Below, piece after piece: positions 1-8,228 of a stretch of DNA of 28,588 bases. The DNA is from a virus, in IMG/VR virus record IMGVR_UViG_3300037484_001834, one strand, 5' to 3'. The notes under the pieces are model-generated. The model was not told where the DNA came from. It was given only the letters and a program-made list of their open reading frames with translations, and made no database searches. Both the position numbers and the translations under genes were made by a program. Position 1 is the first letter of the stretch. Each line of letters starts with the position of its first letter.

Positions 1-70
1 GCCGGCTCGGGAGCTCTCGAGGCTCCGGTAGCTTCATGAACGTGGAGCTACCGCAACTTCGTAAAGCTTA

Positions 71-691
71 CTACTCCTGTCGCGATATACGTCTTCCGCA
101 AATTATGAGTATTATGAGCGTTATGAGTGGTACTATGACCTTGATCTCTAGAGTGAGCCCACTGCCCCTGGCGATTGCAATAGCAATCCTGGTGATTGCA
201 ACAAAGGTTGCAATAGCGATTGTAATAGAGCCTATAATAACTATTTTTTGGGAAATCTTTTCTTTGTCAAATTTCCATTCGTTGCATAATTCGATAGGAC
301 AGAGTCTTTCGTCTATGCAGTTTTTGCGGTCATTGTCAGAAAAGGGTATTATGTTATCGAATTTTATCATTTGCTCTAAAATGATTATTTTTGCTTCATT
401 TTTGGTTAGTATATGATCTGTTTCGAGCACAGGGGAGCTGAGGTTGGTTGCTCCTGTTCCTGTTAGAGATGGTTGAAGCTCCCGTAATAGATATGACGAG
501 GGGCATGACCGATGGATTTTCCCCTTATTATCTATGTGTATGTACCCCATAGATAAAGCCTGTTCCATATCGAGATCGAGTTTTACGGTTTGCCTTCGGG
601 GAATTTTTTTAAAGCGCGACTTGAGAACGAGATCCTGATGAGCCTTTTTTGTCAGTTGATAGGAAGCCGCAAGGGTTATTCTACGTCGCAT
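71..691 (-). CDS. hypothetical protein; the C-terminal third is encoded by the AT-rich repeat segment (IAIAIA-type low complexity) and may be over-extended or a membrane tail
   Basis: Six-frame ORF of 206 aa. The N-terminal two thirds look protein-like. The region 100-420 is very AT-rich and repeat-laden. No strong SD. Confidence 0.3.
   Translation of the reverse strand: MRRRITLAASYQLTKKAHQDLVLKSRFKKIPRRQTVKLDLDMEQALSMGYIHIDNKGKIHRSCPSSYLLRELQPSLTGTGATNLSSPVLETDHILTKNEAKIIILEQMIKFDNIIPFSDNDRKNCIDERLCPIELCNEWKFDKEKISQKIVIIGSITIAIATFVAITRIAIAIARGSGLTLEIKVIVPLITLIILIICGRRISRQE
100..420. repeat. AT-rich segment with iteron-like repeats: CTCATAA x3 at 9-nt period (rc of 100-130) and four TTGCAA-containing (GATTGCAAtAGC) units, including the perfect palindrome GATTGCaataGCAATC (172-187)
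   Basis: Read directly. GC content is far below the window average. Confidence 0.55.
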
Positions 692-705
692 GATTTTTCT
701 TTGGT

Positions 706-2250
706 TCAGACTGATTCGTTTTCTAGGTGTGGAGACTCTGTGGGCATATTGAGACCAAGGTGATCGAGCTCCCAGTGCAGGATGCTCAAGTCCTCTTTCG
801 TAAGCGTAGTGGCGTCGAGAATTTCGTCGAGTAGCGTCTGAACGCCAATGAGTCTTCCGGGCGTGATTTCACCCGTGGGCGTGAAAGCCAAAGAATCGTG
901 AATCATTCCAATGGCCAAGGACCTTTCTCGGCCCATGATGGGCAGGTCACGCAGAAAAGCGAGGCTGAGCCGAACGACTTCTATCGGTATCGTTTCGCTT
1001 ATGAGCAATGCGCAAGCCTTCCACATGCTTCGCGGAATGGGTTTTAGAATGACCCCCGGAGCCCCAGGGGCCTCCGAGGCCGGCGCGTTGTCGTCAGCGG
1101 CCATCTGATCGGCGAACCCCTTCTCATCGAACGCGCGAAGCATTTCAGGCGTCGTTCGGCCATCGAGTATGATTCGTCTTCCGGGAACTCTTTCGCTCTC
1201 TAGCGGCTCCGCCGGAGCGTCTGGGAGTTGCTCCCCGCAGAGGTGCCCCCCGCAGGGGTGCTCCCCGCAGAGGTGCTCCCCGCAGGGGTCGTCTACGCTT
1301 TCTTCCGGATCGGCCGGCTGAAAATTTTGACCCGTTCGCATTTTTAGAATCAAGTCACGACGAAATTTTAGACCAGTGGCCCGGGCCCTACGCATAGCTT
1401 CCCGCCTATGCTCGCTGAAGATTTTTGGGCCGATTCCAGGCAAAGGCTCGTAGGCGATGTATGCATAGCCATGCGATAAGGCCGCTTCCCTGAGCTCGGG
1501 GAGATCCGACGCACTACACATGTTCTTTGCATAGCGGTCGGCGAGGATTTCGATACCGTCGGCGCGTCCGAGAGCTTGGCTTGCTGATACGATATCGTTT
1601 GCCACGTTTTGTGACGAGCGGCCTTGTCCAAGAGAGGTATAATACGCGGCCTTTTGGCGGCACCTGAATTGAAGAAGAGTCGAGCTGTCTATGCCCGGGC
1701 ATTTTCCGCAATAAGCTTCTTCAAGGCAGTGTTCGGAAGCTGCCGCGTAAACGCAATCCCTGGGAACAACGAACGAGAGACCGAACCCCTGAATCGTTCC
1801 GACAAAAACGCGCCATATGCTATCGAAGAAAAACTCTCCTATTTCGGGAAATTTTTTGCCAAATGATGTAAGTCCAGCCGCCGCGACGCTGATAGGCGGA
1901 TCGTGAATGTTCAGCACTCCGAGATTGGCCAGTATGGAAATCGTTTGCCCGATCAGTGAAGCCGACATGAAATTTTGCGCCGGTTCGTTGTCTGGCTCTT
2001 TTGGGGAAATCCACATATCCCATCTTTTTGGCATTTCGAAAGAGCAGTCCACGCCATAGACCTGGTCTGCCTGTATACTGTTTCGGTTCGTCATGTTCTG
2101 AGAGTTTTGAGCAGTTGGGCGAGCTCCGTTTACCAGAGCAAATTTCTTGGTTTCTTGGCAACGATCGAGGAGATCGGCAATAGCCATCATTGATGGAGAA
2201 TGCGGTCCAAGGACCCAAACGCGGTTCATGAGGAAACAAGCGCGGTTCAT
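706..2250 (-). CDS. Family-A paralogue, long form: N-terminal RVWVLGPHSPSMMAIADLL module plus a C-terminal domain shared with 20411..21487 (NF-SASLIGQ, DHCLxxAYxGxCPG); contains an in-frame 4x15-nt repeat encoding CGEHL/CGGHL
   Basis: ORF of 514 aa. AAAGGAAAG SD lies upstream of the ATG at 2250. By-eye alignment to three other ORFs in the window (19998..20414, 20411..21487, 21523..21903). Alternative start at 2229 (MNRVW). Confidence 0.6.
   Translation of the reverse strand: MNRACFLMNRVWVLGPHSPSMMAIADLLDRCQETKKFALVNGARPTAQNSQNMTNRNSIQADQVYGVDCSFEMPKRWDMWISPKEPDNEPAQNFMSASLIGQTISILANLGVLNIHDPPISVAAAGLTSFGKKFPEIGEFFFDSIWRVFVGTIQGFGLSFVVPRDCVYAAASEHCLEEAYCGKCPGIDSSTLLQFRCRQKAAYYTSLGQGRSSQNVANDIVSASQALGRADGIEILADRYAKNMCSASDLPELREAALSHGYAYIAYEPLPGIGPKIFSEHRREAMRRARATGLKFRRDLILKMRTGQNFQPADPEESVDDPCGEHLCGEHPCGGHLCGEQLPDAPAEPLESERVPGRRIILDGRTTPEMLRAFDEKGFADQMAADDNAPASEAPGAPGVILKPIPRSMWKACALLISETIPIEVVRLSLAFLRDLPIMGRERSLAIGMIHDSLAFTPTGEITPGRLIGVQTLLDEILDATTLTKEDLSILHWELDHLGLNMPTESPHLENESV
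1230..1289. repeat. 4x 15-nt tandem repeat (gctccccgcagaggt / gccccccgcaggggt), in frame within 706..2250
   Basis: Read directly. Confidence 0.9.
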
Positions 2251-2315
2251 GATTCTTTCCTTTTATTCTCTGGCGGATCGTTCTGTATAAAATGCCGGAG
2301 CCCAATCGTTTACGA

Positions 2316-3017
2316 TTATTTGATTCCGATTTCCTTGCACTTTGCCAGAAGTATTCGGGCCTCAATGGGGTTTACTGACCCTTCTGTTGTAATCACGACT
2401 CTTCCGTCGTCCCGTATGGTTATAGCGAGACTGGTAGGTGTTCTTACGTATCCGATTTTCTGAATGACCTCTGGGTCCGAAGTATGGCATTCGTAAAGGA
2501 CGGCGCCTTGTGGATGTGCAGTGAGATGTTCGTTGGCAAGCACTTTTTCAAATAGTGCCACAGCGTCCAGATCCTTCGGTCGTCCGGCCGCCCGTTTGAT
2601 ATCAATAACGTCTTTGAGGCTTGCTACGAAAACTTTTTCCGATCCGATCTCGAAATCCGCTCCACGCGACTTGAGGTCTTCGAACGAAAAACTGCCGCTC
2701 ACCTTATCGACGAAGTCGACTTGAACAAGCGGCTTTTTACCAAAAATTCTCCAGGGGTGGTTGTCTTTCGCGTAAGGACCTTCCTTCATGTACGAAAGCT
2801 CGTGAAGATCGCCGTCCAGTATTAATGCGACTTTTACGAACTTCGTGAAATCGAATTCGTTTACGACGAAATCGAGGTCTTTTGGGGTTACGGGCGCGCC
2901 ACGGAGAAAGGCCGCCGCGTTTCCGAACAGGATTCCTTCAATGCCACTTTCTCTGATGACTCGTGCAACCGTTTCGAGCACGAGAATCGGATTTTTGGGT
3001 TTTTCCGTGGATTCCAT
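2316..3017 (-). CDS. minimal nucleotidyltransferase-fold protein (pol-beta superfamily; GN-x10-DLDF motif) with a C-terminal helical domain
   Basis: ILFGNAAAFLRGAPVTPKDLDFVV matches the G[SN]...D.D signature of MNT/KNTase-type nucleotidyltransferases. 233 aa. Confidence 0.55.
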   Translation of the reverse strand: MESTEKPKNPILVLETVARVIRESGIEGILFGNAAAFLRGAPVTPKDLDFVVNEFDFTKFVKVALILDGDLHELSYMKEGPYAKDNHPWRIFGKKPLVQVDFVDKVSGSFSFEDLKSRGADFEIGSEKVFVASLKDVIDIKRAAGRPKDLDAVALFEKVLANEHLTAHPQGAVLYECHTSDPEVIQKIGYVRTPTSLAITIRDDGRVVITTEGSVNPIEARILLAKCKEIGIK

Positions 3018-3077
3018 TTTCTGTTTCTTTCGCTTAAGGTCTTGGGGGCGTCCGTGGGTTTTGGCTTCTGTCTTTTC

Positions 3078-3401
3078 TTATTGTCGTTTGATAAATTCAG
3101 CGAGAGCGCGATAGGGGCCGTCATTCTGAACGAGAATCGATTCGATTGTATAATCAAGGTTTTTATTTACGATCCACCAGTGGGGATCGGTTATTTCGAT
3201 CAGTTCGGTTATGATTCGGTCTATGTCTACTTGATTGATGGCACATTTGCCGCCAAATACATGTGGAGTAAAGTATCTTATACAAGAGAATCCCGAAAGT
3301 CTGTTAAGAACTTTTACCTTTAGGTTTATAGCTTCCGCGCGGAAGTTACCGGACAGGTCTACTATATTGACATTCTCTTTTGTAAAAACTGTAGCGCTCA
3401 T
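3078..3401 (-). CDS. hypothetical protein (AT-rich codon usage)
   Basis: ORF of 107 aa. Its ATG overlaps the downstream stop by 4 nt (ATGA at 3398-3401). Confidence 0.45.
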   Translation of the reverse strand: MSATVFTKENVNIVDLSGNFRAEAINLKVKVLNRLSGFSCIRYFTPHVFGGKCAINQVDIDRIITELIEITDPHWWIVNKNLDYTIESILVQNDGPYRALAEFIKRQ

Positions 3402-3835
3402 GTGTTTTCTCCTTTTGATTTGCTGTTTTTTTCTTCAGGTCCAATTACCGTTGATATTGAAACACGTTTATGAATGCAGTGGTCGCAAAGATAGTGGCCG
3501 TCGCCGTTGCACCCTTCCGGTCCTGCGGGTGTGCCCCCTTCGTAAGCTTCGCATTTATCGTCGGGCGCGCGAAGGTTTTTAGTGCCAACCCCGGCCCACT
3601 TTCCATTAGCTTCTTGATATACAATAACGTCGTATCCGTCCCAAAAGGCTGCCTGGCATACAATCAGCGCCTCACGCGGATCCTTGCCTATCCACCAAAC
3701 GTAATTTACGCCGCTTGAAATGGCGCCACGGGGAAGCATGACGGAGAAATGATCACTGCGGCCATTGTCGCACTCGATGAGGTAATGGCCTTTTTGGGGC
3801 TCTGGTTTTTTGGTGAGCCATTCAATGTGTTTCAT
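3398..3835 (-). CDS. Family-C paralogue (MKHIEWLTKKPEPQKGHYLIE...) with a Cys-rich C-terminal extension (CNGDGHYLCDHCIHK)
   Basis: 145 aa. Its N-terminal 75 aa align with the product of 3835..4065. ATGA overlap with the upstream gene at 3835. Confidence 0.5.
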   Translation of the reverse strand: MKHIEWLTKKPEPQKGHYLIECDNGRSDHFSVMLPRGAISSGVNYVWWIGKDPREALIVCQAAFWDGYDVIVYQEANGKWAGVGTKNLRAPDDKCEAYEGGTPAGPEGCNGDGHYLCDHCIHKRVSISTVIGPEEKNSKSKGENT

Positions 3836-4065
3836 CAGATTTTCCCGCAGTCAAGCGCAGTCCATTTACCTTCCACTTCGTGATAGATAGCAATGCTGTC
3901 ACCCTTTAACGTGGCAGCCTGACATGCTCTTAGAGCCTCATGTGGATCCGTACCCATCCACCATGTTACTGGCCATGCAAAGAGTGAGGGACAACTGTCG
4001 CTCTTGATAAGATAATGACCTTCTTGTGGGTCAGGTTTCTTGCTAAGCCATTCAATGCGCTTCAT
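3835..4065 (-). CDS. Family-C paralogue, short form (MKRIEWLSKKPDPQEGHYLIK...)
   Basis: Internal ATG at 4065 of the longer ORF 3835..4332. It forms an ATGA overlap with the methyltransferase stop. Paralogue of 3398..3835. Confidence 0.5.
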   Translation of the reverse strand: MKRIEWLSKKPDPQEGHYLIKSDSCPSLFAWPVTWWMGTDPHEALRACQAATLKGDSIAIYHEVEGKWTALDCGKI

Positions 4066-4646
4066 CACATTTTCCTTTCGTATCCAATCGACGTCATACC
4101 AAAGGCTGCGGCGGCTTTGACGAGCGCGCCGCTGCCGGCGAACGGGTCCAAAAACAGCCCGCCGGGAACGATCCAGGGCTTTACGGCCCATGACGCTACG
4201 GACGCAGGAAGCTCCGCACGTCGGCCGTTCCGGACCGGGGCCGCGGTGACGTGATCGAGCATCTCCGATGCCTCTTTCACATTCGCTTTGCCCTTTCGGA
4301 ACGCTATCGCCAAGACAGATGCGAATTTCCAACCAGGCGTTGTCACTTTTGAGCGGGACTGTGGTTTACACCAGGTGCCAATTCGGACGGGCTCCACAAC
4401 ACCACGTACGCTCTCTACCATGTAGCTCATGGACCGGTAGGAGGAAGCGCACATAACGATCATCCAACGCCCTCTCTTGAGTTTTTGGGCCGCTTCTCGC
4501 AGCACGACGGCGACAGTGGCCGAAATCGCATGCTCGTCTCCGGAGCCGCCGAAGGCATAGGGCGGATCGGTCACGATGAGATCGAGCTTGCGTTTTTCTC
4601 GTTGGATGAGGTCGAGGCAGTCGCCTTTGATTATTTTGAAGCTCAT
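4065..4646 (-). CDS. beta-class DNA methyltransferase, N6-adenine or N4-cytosine (PF01555-like); orphan, with no REase partner visible
   Basis: N-terminal IIKGDCLDLI...DLIVTDPPY (motif IV, DPPY) and C-terminal FLDPFAGSGA (motif I, FxGxG) are in the order typical of beta-class amino-methyltransferases. Start refined to the ATG at 4646 (MSFKIIKGD). 193 aa. Confidence 0.8.
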   Translation of the reverse strand: MSFKIIKGDCLDLIQREKRKLDLIVTDPPYAFGGSGDEHAISATVAVVLREAAQKLKRGRWMIVMCASSYRSMSYMVESVRGVVEPVRIGTWCKPQSRSKVTTPGWKFASVLAIAFRKGKANVKEASEMLDHVTAAPVRNGRRAELPASVASWAVKPWIVPGGLFLDPFAGSGALVKAAAAFGMTSIGYERKM

Positions 4647-4666
4647 AGCCAAAAAAGATCTTTGTT

Positions 4667-5104
4667 TTAAAGAAGGACCCATCCTTGGTTGGCGCATGCT
4701 CCACAGTTTCCAATAAGGAAGGAGAGCTCTATCTCGGCTGGACGCCGAAGCTTGCCTTCTTGCAAATGATCCCACCCCTCGTTTCTGGAGTCGTTGTTCC
4801 TGTCGGGGTAGATTACGTCTCCCTCGGGATTCACTTCGTATTCGACGTCGTAGGCCCAAATACCGCTATTCGAGCGATAACCCTCGATCACGGCGCCAGG
4901 GCCGAGTATGGCGCGAAAGAAGTCCCTTGGTGTTGGGAAGAATTCATAGGCCGCGCTCAGTCCCGCCTCGGCGCAATCGATATCATGAGAAAAGGCAAGT
5001 GGAATCGCATTCTTGCTCGTTATGCCTACGATACGGCCAGCTCGCAGACCGCTATGGCAAGCGAACAGCATCGTCTCCTTGATCGTTTTTGTTTCAAAGC
5101 TCAT
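4667..5104 (-). CDS. hypothetical protein
   Basis: ORF. Start refined to the ATG at 5104 (MSFETKT), 7 nt downstream of the preceding stop. Confidence 0.45.
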   Translation of the reverse strand: MSFETKTIKETMLFACHSGLRAGRIVGITSKNAIPLAFSHDIDCAEAGLSAAYEFFPTPRDFFRAILGPGAVIEGYRSNSGIWAYDVEYEVNPEGDVIYPDRNNDSRNEGWDHLQEGKLRRPAEIELSFLIGNCGACANQGWVLL

Positions 5105-5111
5105 GTAACAC

Positions 5112-5780
5112 CTATTTCTTTTCAATTTCGACGAAGTCGACGCGTTCGGAGTAATAGCCGTCAGACGTTCCCAGCCATCGAAACGTGACCGTTCCATGTG
5201 ATGTGCCAATAATGTAAAAAGTCCACGTAAATGACTCCCATGGATCTATCTCTTTTCCGTCAGGTAGTGGCTCATCAGATGAGGCTTCCTCTGCTCGCAC
5301 TACCTGAGAGCCAATCAAGTCGCCAACGTCTCCGCAAACGTCTTCCAGCAACACCGTTTCGCTGTCATCTTGTTCATGATACATGCGAAATCTACGGCCA
5401 TCAGTAAGCATGAAGTCGACAGAGTCGCTACCCTTCGTCGCTCCTTTGATGTGAGAAATCGTCTGTCCGATCAAGTCCTGGATTGTTCTCGCGGTCTCTT
5501 TCGGTTCTTCTTTTAACGTAGCACGCCTGGGCCTATCGGGAGCCGCCAAGATACGCGCTCCAAGTTGCTCCGCCCTGGAGATGGCAGAAGGTCCTACCGC
5601 ACACGTTGCGCCTAAGAGGGAATCGTGAATTCTCTCCATACTGGCGCCGCTCACTGGTCCCATAGCTCCAGGCCCTTCGAGATTCGCCAAAAAGTTGCTT
5701 TCCGGCCCAGGATCTATGGTGCCCGTCTCCGGATAGCAGCGCTTGCAACTCCTATTTGCTAGATCGTGGCGGCAGCTCAT
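5112..5780 (-). CDS. hypothetical protein with an N-terminal Cys cluster (CRHDLANRSCKRC)
   Basis: ORF of 222 aa with ATG at 5780. Confidence 0.5.
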   Translation of the reverse strand: MSCRHDLANRSCKRCYPETGTIDPGPESNFLANLEGPGAMGPVSGASMERIHDSLLGATCAVGPSAISRAEQLGARILAAPDRPRRATLKEEPKETARTIQDLIGQTISHIKGATKGSDSVDFMLTDGRRFRMYHEQDDSETVLLEDVCGDVGDLIGSQVVRAEEASSDEPLPDGKEIDPWESFTWTFYIIGTSHGTVTFRWLGTSDGYYSERVDFVEIEKK

Positions 5781-5798
5781 GTTCGATTTTCTTTCAGT

Positions 5799-6335
5799 TC
5801 ATATTGCAGCAAATCTAAATCTGTGAAGAGTATCTCCCATGATCTCTAACTCAAAACCCTTAGAAGACGGCCACCCTTCAAATTTAACACTTCCTCCGGT
5901 GGGGTAGCCAAGCGTCTGAAGCTCTATCATCACATCATTCTCGGACCACTTTGAGAAAAGAGCTACCTTGCCTACCTTCTCACCATTTTCAGAAACCTCA
6001 AATAACACAAAACGTTCTGATTCGATGGACGCTATCTGCTCCATCGATTCGCGAGGGAAGTCATGGATCACGTCGATTCGTTCGCCGGAGAGTGCTTTGA
6101 CAACGAACGGTAGGTACTCCATCGGCATGCCGGATGAGCAAAAATCTCCATTGGTGCGATTGCGTTTTGTCGTTCGAACAAGGCTCATTAGATCGGCCGC
6201 AATACCTCTATCGAGATAGGGAAAAATTTCGGTCAAGACTGACCAGTGGCCTGGATACTGTCCAGCCATTGCTTTTGCGATGGCTCGCGCCAGTTGATTG
6301 CGAATAGCCGTCAGTTCTTCCTCGGATATGTGCAT
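5799..6335 (-). CDS. hypothetical protein
   Basis: ORF of 178 aa with ATG at 6335. Confidence 0.5.
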   Translation of the reverse strand: MHISEEELTAIRNQLARAIAKAMAGQYPGHWSVLTEIFPYLDRGIAADLMSLVRTTKRNRTNGDFCSSGMPMEYLPFVVKALSGERIDVIHDFPRESMEQIASIESERFVLFEVSENGEKVGKVALFSKWSENDVMIELQTLGYPTGGSVKFEGWPSSKGFELEIMGDTLHRFRFAAI

Positions 6336-6386
6336 ATGCCCCTTCTTAAAAGTGTGTTAACTGAATAAGCATTTTCGGCCTTCGCA

Positions 6387-6629
6387 TCAAGGCGATTTTC
6401 TACACAACGGCCAGGCTTCATCGGTCCTGCAAATCGGGCATGCCTCGCAGCTCCCATGGGCTCTGTAGCAGGCTTTGCACGCCTCGTGAATTTTGGCGCC
6501 CTCAATGGCTTTCTCGAATAAGTCTGGCCCTTCTTTCACCGCGCCTATGACAAATACCCCGAAAAGTACGAGGCAGATTACGACAATGCTCCTTATGATG
6601 GCATTTTCGACTTTTTGGGGCTTTTCCAT
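6387..6629 (-). CDS. small membrane protein with one TM helix and a Cys-rich tail (CKACYRAHGSCEACPIC)
   Basis: 80 aa. Hydrophobic stretch IIRSIVVICLVLFGVFVIGAV. Its start is immediately adjacent to the upstream stop. Confidence 0.45.
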   Translation of the reverse strand: MEKPQKVENAIIRSIVVICLVLFGVFVIGAVKEGPDLFEKAIEGAKIHEACKACYRAHGSCEACPICRTDEAWPLCRKSP

Positions 6630-7133
6630 CTATTCCTCCGGAAGCTTGAATGGCGAAACGATGATTCGCGGCTCGACGTAGACCGGCCGCACGTCCGACC
6701 CCTTCGGATCCTTACACATGACCCATGTGCCCTCCGCGCCTGCCGGGGAAAACAGACCATTCGGATCGGCCTGGGGAATTACCGCTATCAAACCCCCGAC
6801 CCTCGTCTCGATTTTTTGGGGATTCGTGAACTGGGTAGCGTAGGGGATTCCATATCCGATGGACTGGCAGAAGAAAAACTTCTTGCCCGTCATCTCCGAA
6901 AACACATATGTGTACGTTACAAGACCGGTCTGGTCCCGAAGATCGAAAATGTCCCTAAGAAGTTTCTTCTCCCGAAAATTTTTGATGTTAGGCATACCGA
7001 CTTGTGAGGCGCCCTCGGCTAGGATTATTTCCTGCTGCTTGCGCTGGATAGCATCGCTATCGCTGCTTTCGTCACAGCCGCCGAAGACGAGACCTGCGGT
7101 CAGTAGGAGGGCAATTGCTGGAATTCGTTTCAT
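6630..7133 (-). CDS. putative lipoprotein
   Basis: N-terminal signal peptide MKRIPAIALLLTAGLVFGGC with a lipobox-like LVFGGC. 167 aa. 4-nt overlap with the upstream gene. Confidence 0.6.
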   Translation of the reverse strand: MKRIPAIALLLTAGLVFGGCDESSDSDAIQRKQQEIILAEGASQVGMPNIKNFREKKLLRDIFDLRDQTGLVTYTYVFSEMTGKKFFFCQSIGYGIPYATQFTNPQKIETRVGGLIAVIPQADPNGLFSPAGAEGTWVMCKDPKGSDVRPVYVEPRIIVSPFKLPEE

Positions 7134-7738
7134 GCTGTTTTCCTTTCGAGAGTCAACTTCGTTTCACAAAGACCCCTTGCACAGGTAATCCACGCCTTTC
7201 GGACATGGCAGCCCTTGCGCTTCGCGCACGCTTCACAGGCCTCGCATGCCTCGTAGGTTTCACACGATACGGCGGAGTTTTTCGCGAGAAGGCTTTGTCC
7301 CAAAAGAGCGATTCCGTTTTCCCTGGCCTCGCTTTTTGTAGCGGATTCCCCTGCTTTTCTTTCATCTTCCTTGATTTGCGAGGCAGCCAGGACTTCATCA
7401 TAGAGAGCCATGTTGTCGCCAAGAAGCTTGGTCGCCTCTTCTTCCGAGAGGATGTGATCGAATTTGCGCACGGGAGGAAGACGGCAGACGCCCAGGCGAT
7501 CCAAGCGGGCTCTCGGTTTATTGAAAGCGTACACGATGTGTACTGGCTCGCCATCTCCAGGCTCAATGTAGCCCGTACGAATGGCTTCTTGTCTGTTTAT
7601 GTTGAAGCCGACAAGTTGCACTTGCTCAAGAGCTCTTGGATCCAGCGAAGGATCTTTTTCAAGAGCATCATTGTTAAGTGCATAGCTTCCAATAACTCGA
7701 ATTGTTTTTTTCTTCGAGGCCGTAATTGTCTTTGCCAC
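7130..7738 (-). CDS. hypothetical protein carrying one copy of the RTGY/PEFDH-type module plus a Cys-rich C-terminus (CETYEACEACEACAKRKGC)
   Basis: GTG start with AGAGGAAAG SD. The internal segment EAIRTGY...FDHILSEEEATKLLGDNMALYDEVLA is repeated twice in the product of 9867..11639. Confidence 0.55.
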   Translation of the reverse strand: MAKTITASKKKTIRVIGSYALNNDALEKDPSLDPRALEQVQLVGFNINRQEAIRTGYIEPGDGEPVHIVYAFNKPRARLDRLGVCRLPPVRKFDHILSEEEATKLLGDNMALYDEVLAASQIKEDERKAGESATKSEARENGIALLGQSLLAKNSAVSCETYEACEACEACAKRKGCHVRKAWITCARGLCETKLTLERKTA

Positions 7739-7760
7739 GGGAGCTTTCCTCTTGTCGGGT

Positions 7761-8135
7761 CTATTGGGGTTCTCGTTCGCGCCGCAGGCCTTCGATGAAT
7801 GCTCGCAGCTCCGCCGGCACCGCCTGGTCGTTCAAATTGTATCCCGAGGCGCGGTGAAGAATGATCGATCCGAGCGCCGCTTTTGCTCCGGAATCCGTTT
7901 GTTTTGCGTACTCGAACTGCATGTTTTCGAGCTCCTGGATCATGCCCTGATTGAACGCGCGGCTTTGCTCGAAGACCTGCCGGCGAACGGCCTCCTGCCG
8001 CGGGGCAAAGACCTTGTAAAGGAAAAAATCATTACCCTGCACGATCCAGGTTATGGCCAAAAGGCCAAAGAGCCCCAAGAGCCCACCCGCCAGAACGGCG
8101 ATGATGTTTCCGGAAGTTTTTTGTGATTTCTCCAT
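7761..8135 (-). CDS. small membrane-anchored protein (single N-terminal TM helix)
   Basis: 124 aa. IIAVLAGGLLGLFGLLAITWIV. ATG at 8135 lies downstream of the promoter and palindrome at 8158-8186. Confidence 0.5.
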   Translation of the reverse strand: MEKSQKTSGNIIAVLAGGLLGLFGLLAITWIVQGNDFFLYKVFAPRQEAVRRQVFEQSRAFNQGMIQELENMQFEYAKQTDSGAKAALGSIILHRASGYNLNDQAVPAELRAFIEGLRREREPQ

Positions 8136-8157
8136 GTTTTCTCCTGTCGGTTCGCAT

Positions 8158-8228
8158 TATCTTATATAAGATACCCACCACGTCAAGATCTTTCGTCGTT
8201 TTGGCCTTACATTCTCAAAATCCGAGAC
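8158..8228 (-). promoter_or_regulatory. Promoter P1: palindrome TTATCTTATATAAGATA (8158-8174) over the -10, -35 TTGACG (rc of 8181-8186), upstream dyad TTCTC-N7-GAGAC (8212-8228)
   Basis: Read directly; same architecture as P2-P9. Confidence 0.55.

Noticed and set aside
36-416. Plus-strand ORF of 126 aa
   Set aside because: Translation is low-complexity (AIAIAI, IMSIMSVMS), derived from the AT-rich direct repeats. No SD. Lies on the opposite strand to every other gene.
3835-4332. Long-form ORFs (3835..4332, 4065..4859, 4667..5209, 21523..22068, 21900..22235, 19998..20486, 8229..9473, 16258..18189)
   Set aside because: Their N-terminal extensions overlap the preceding gene. Each contains an internal ATG that forms an ATGA junction with the upstream stop or follows an SD. 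8229..9473 and 7130..7738 begin with non-ATG codons in the track. Shorter starts were adopted.
7115-7798. Plus-strand ORF of 227 aa, and other long plus-strand ORFs (9402..9815, 9816..10244, 10368..10946, 10968..11822, 11488..11805, 16484..17080, 17464..18096, 19840..20568, 23913..24572, 25544..26125)
   Set aside because: All lie antisense within well-supported minus-strand genes. They are the expected shadow ORFs of GC-rich coding sequence. 10968..11822 and 11488..11805 are merely the reverse reading of the PAEST repeats.
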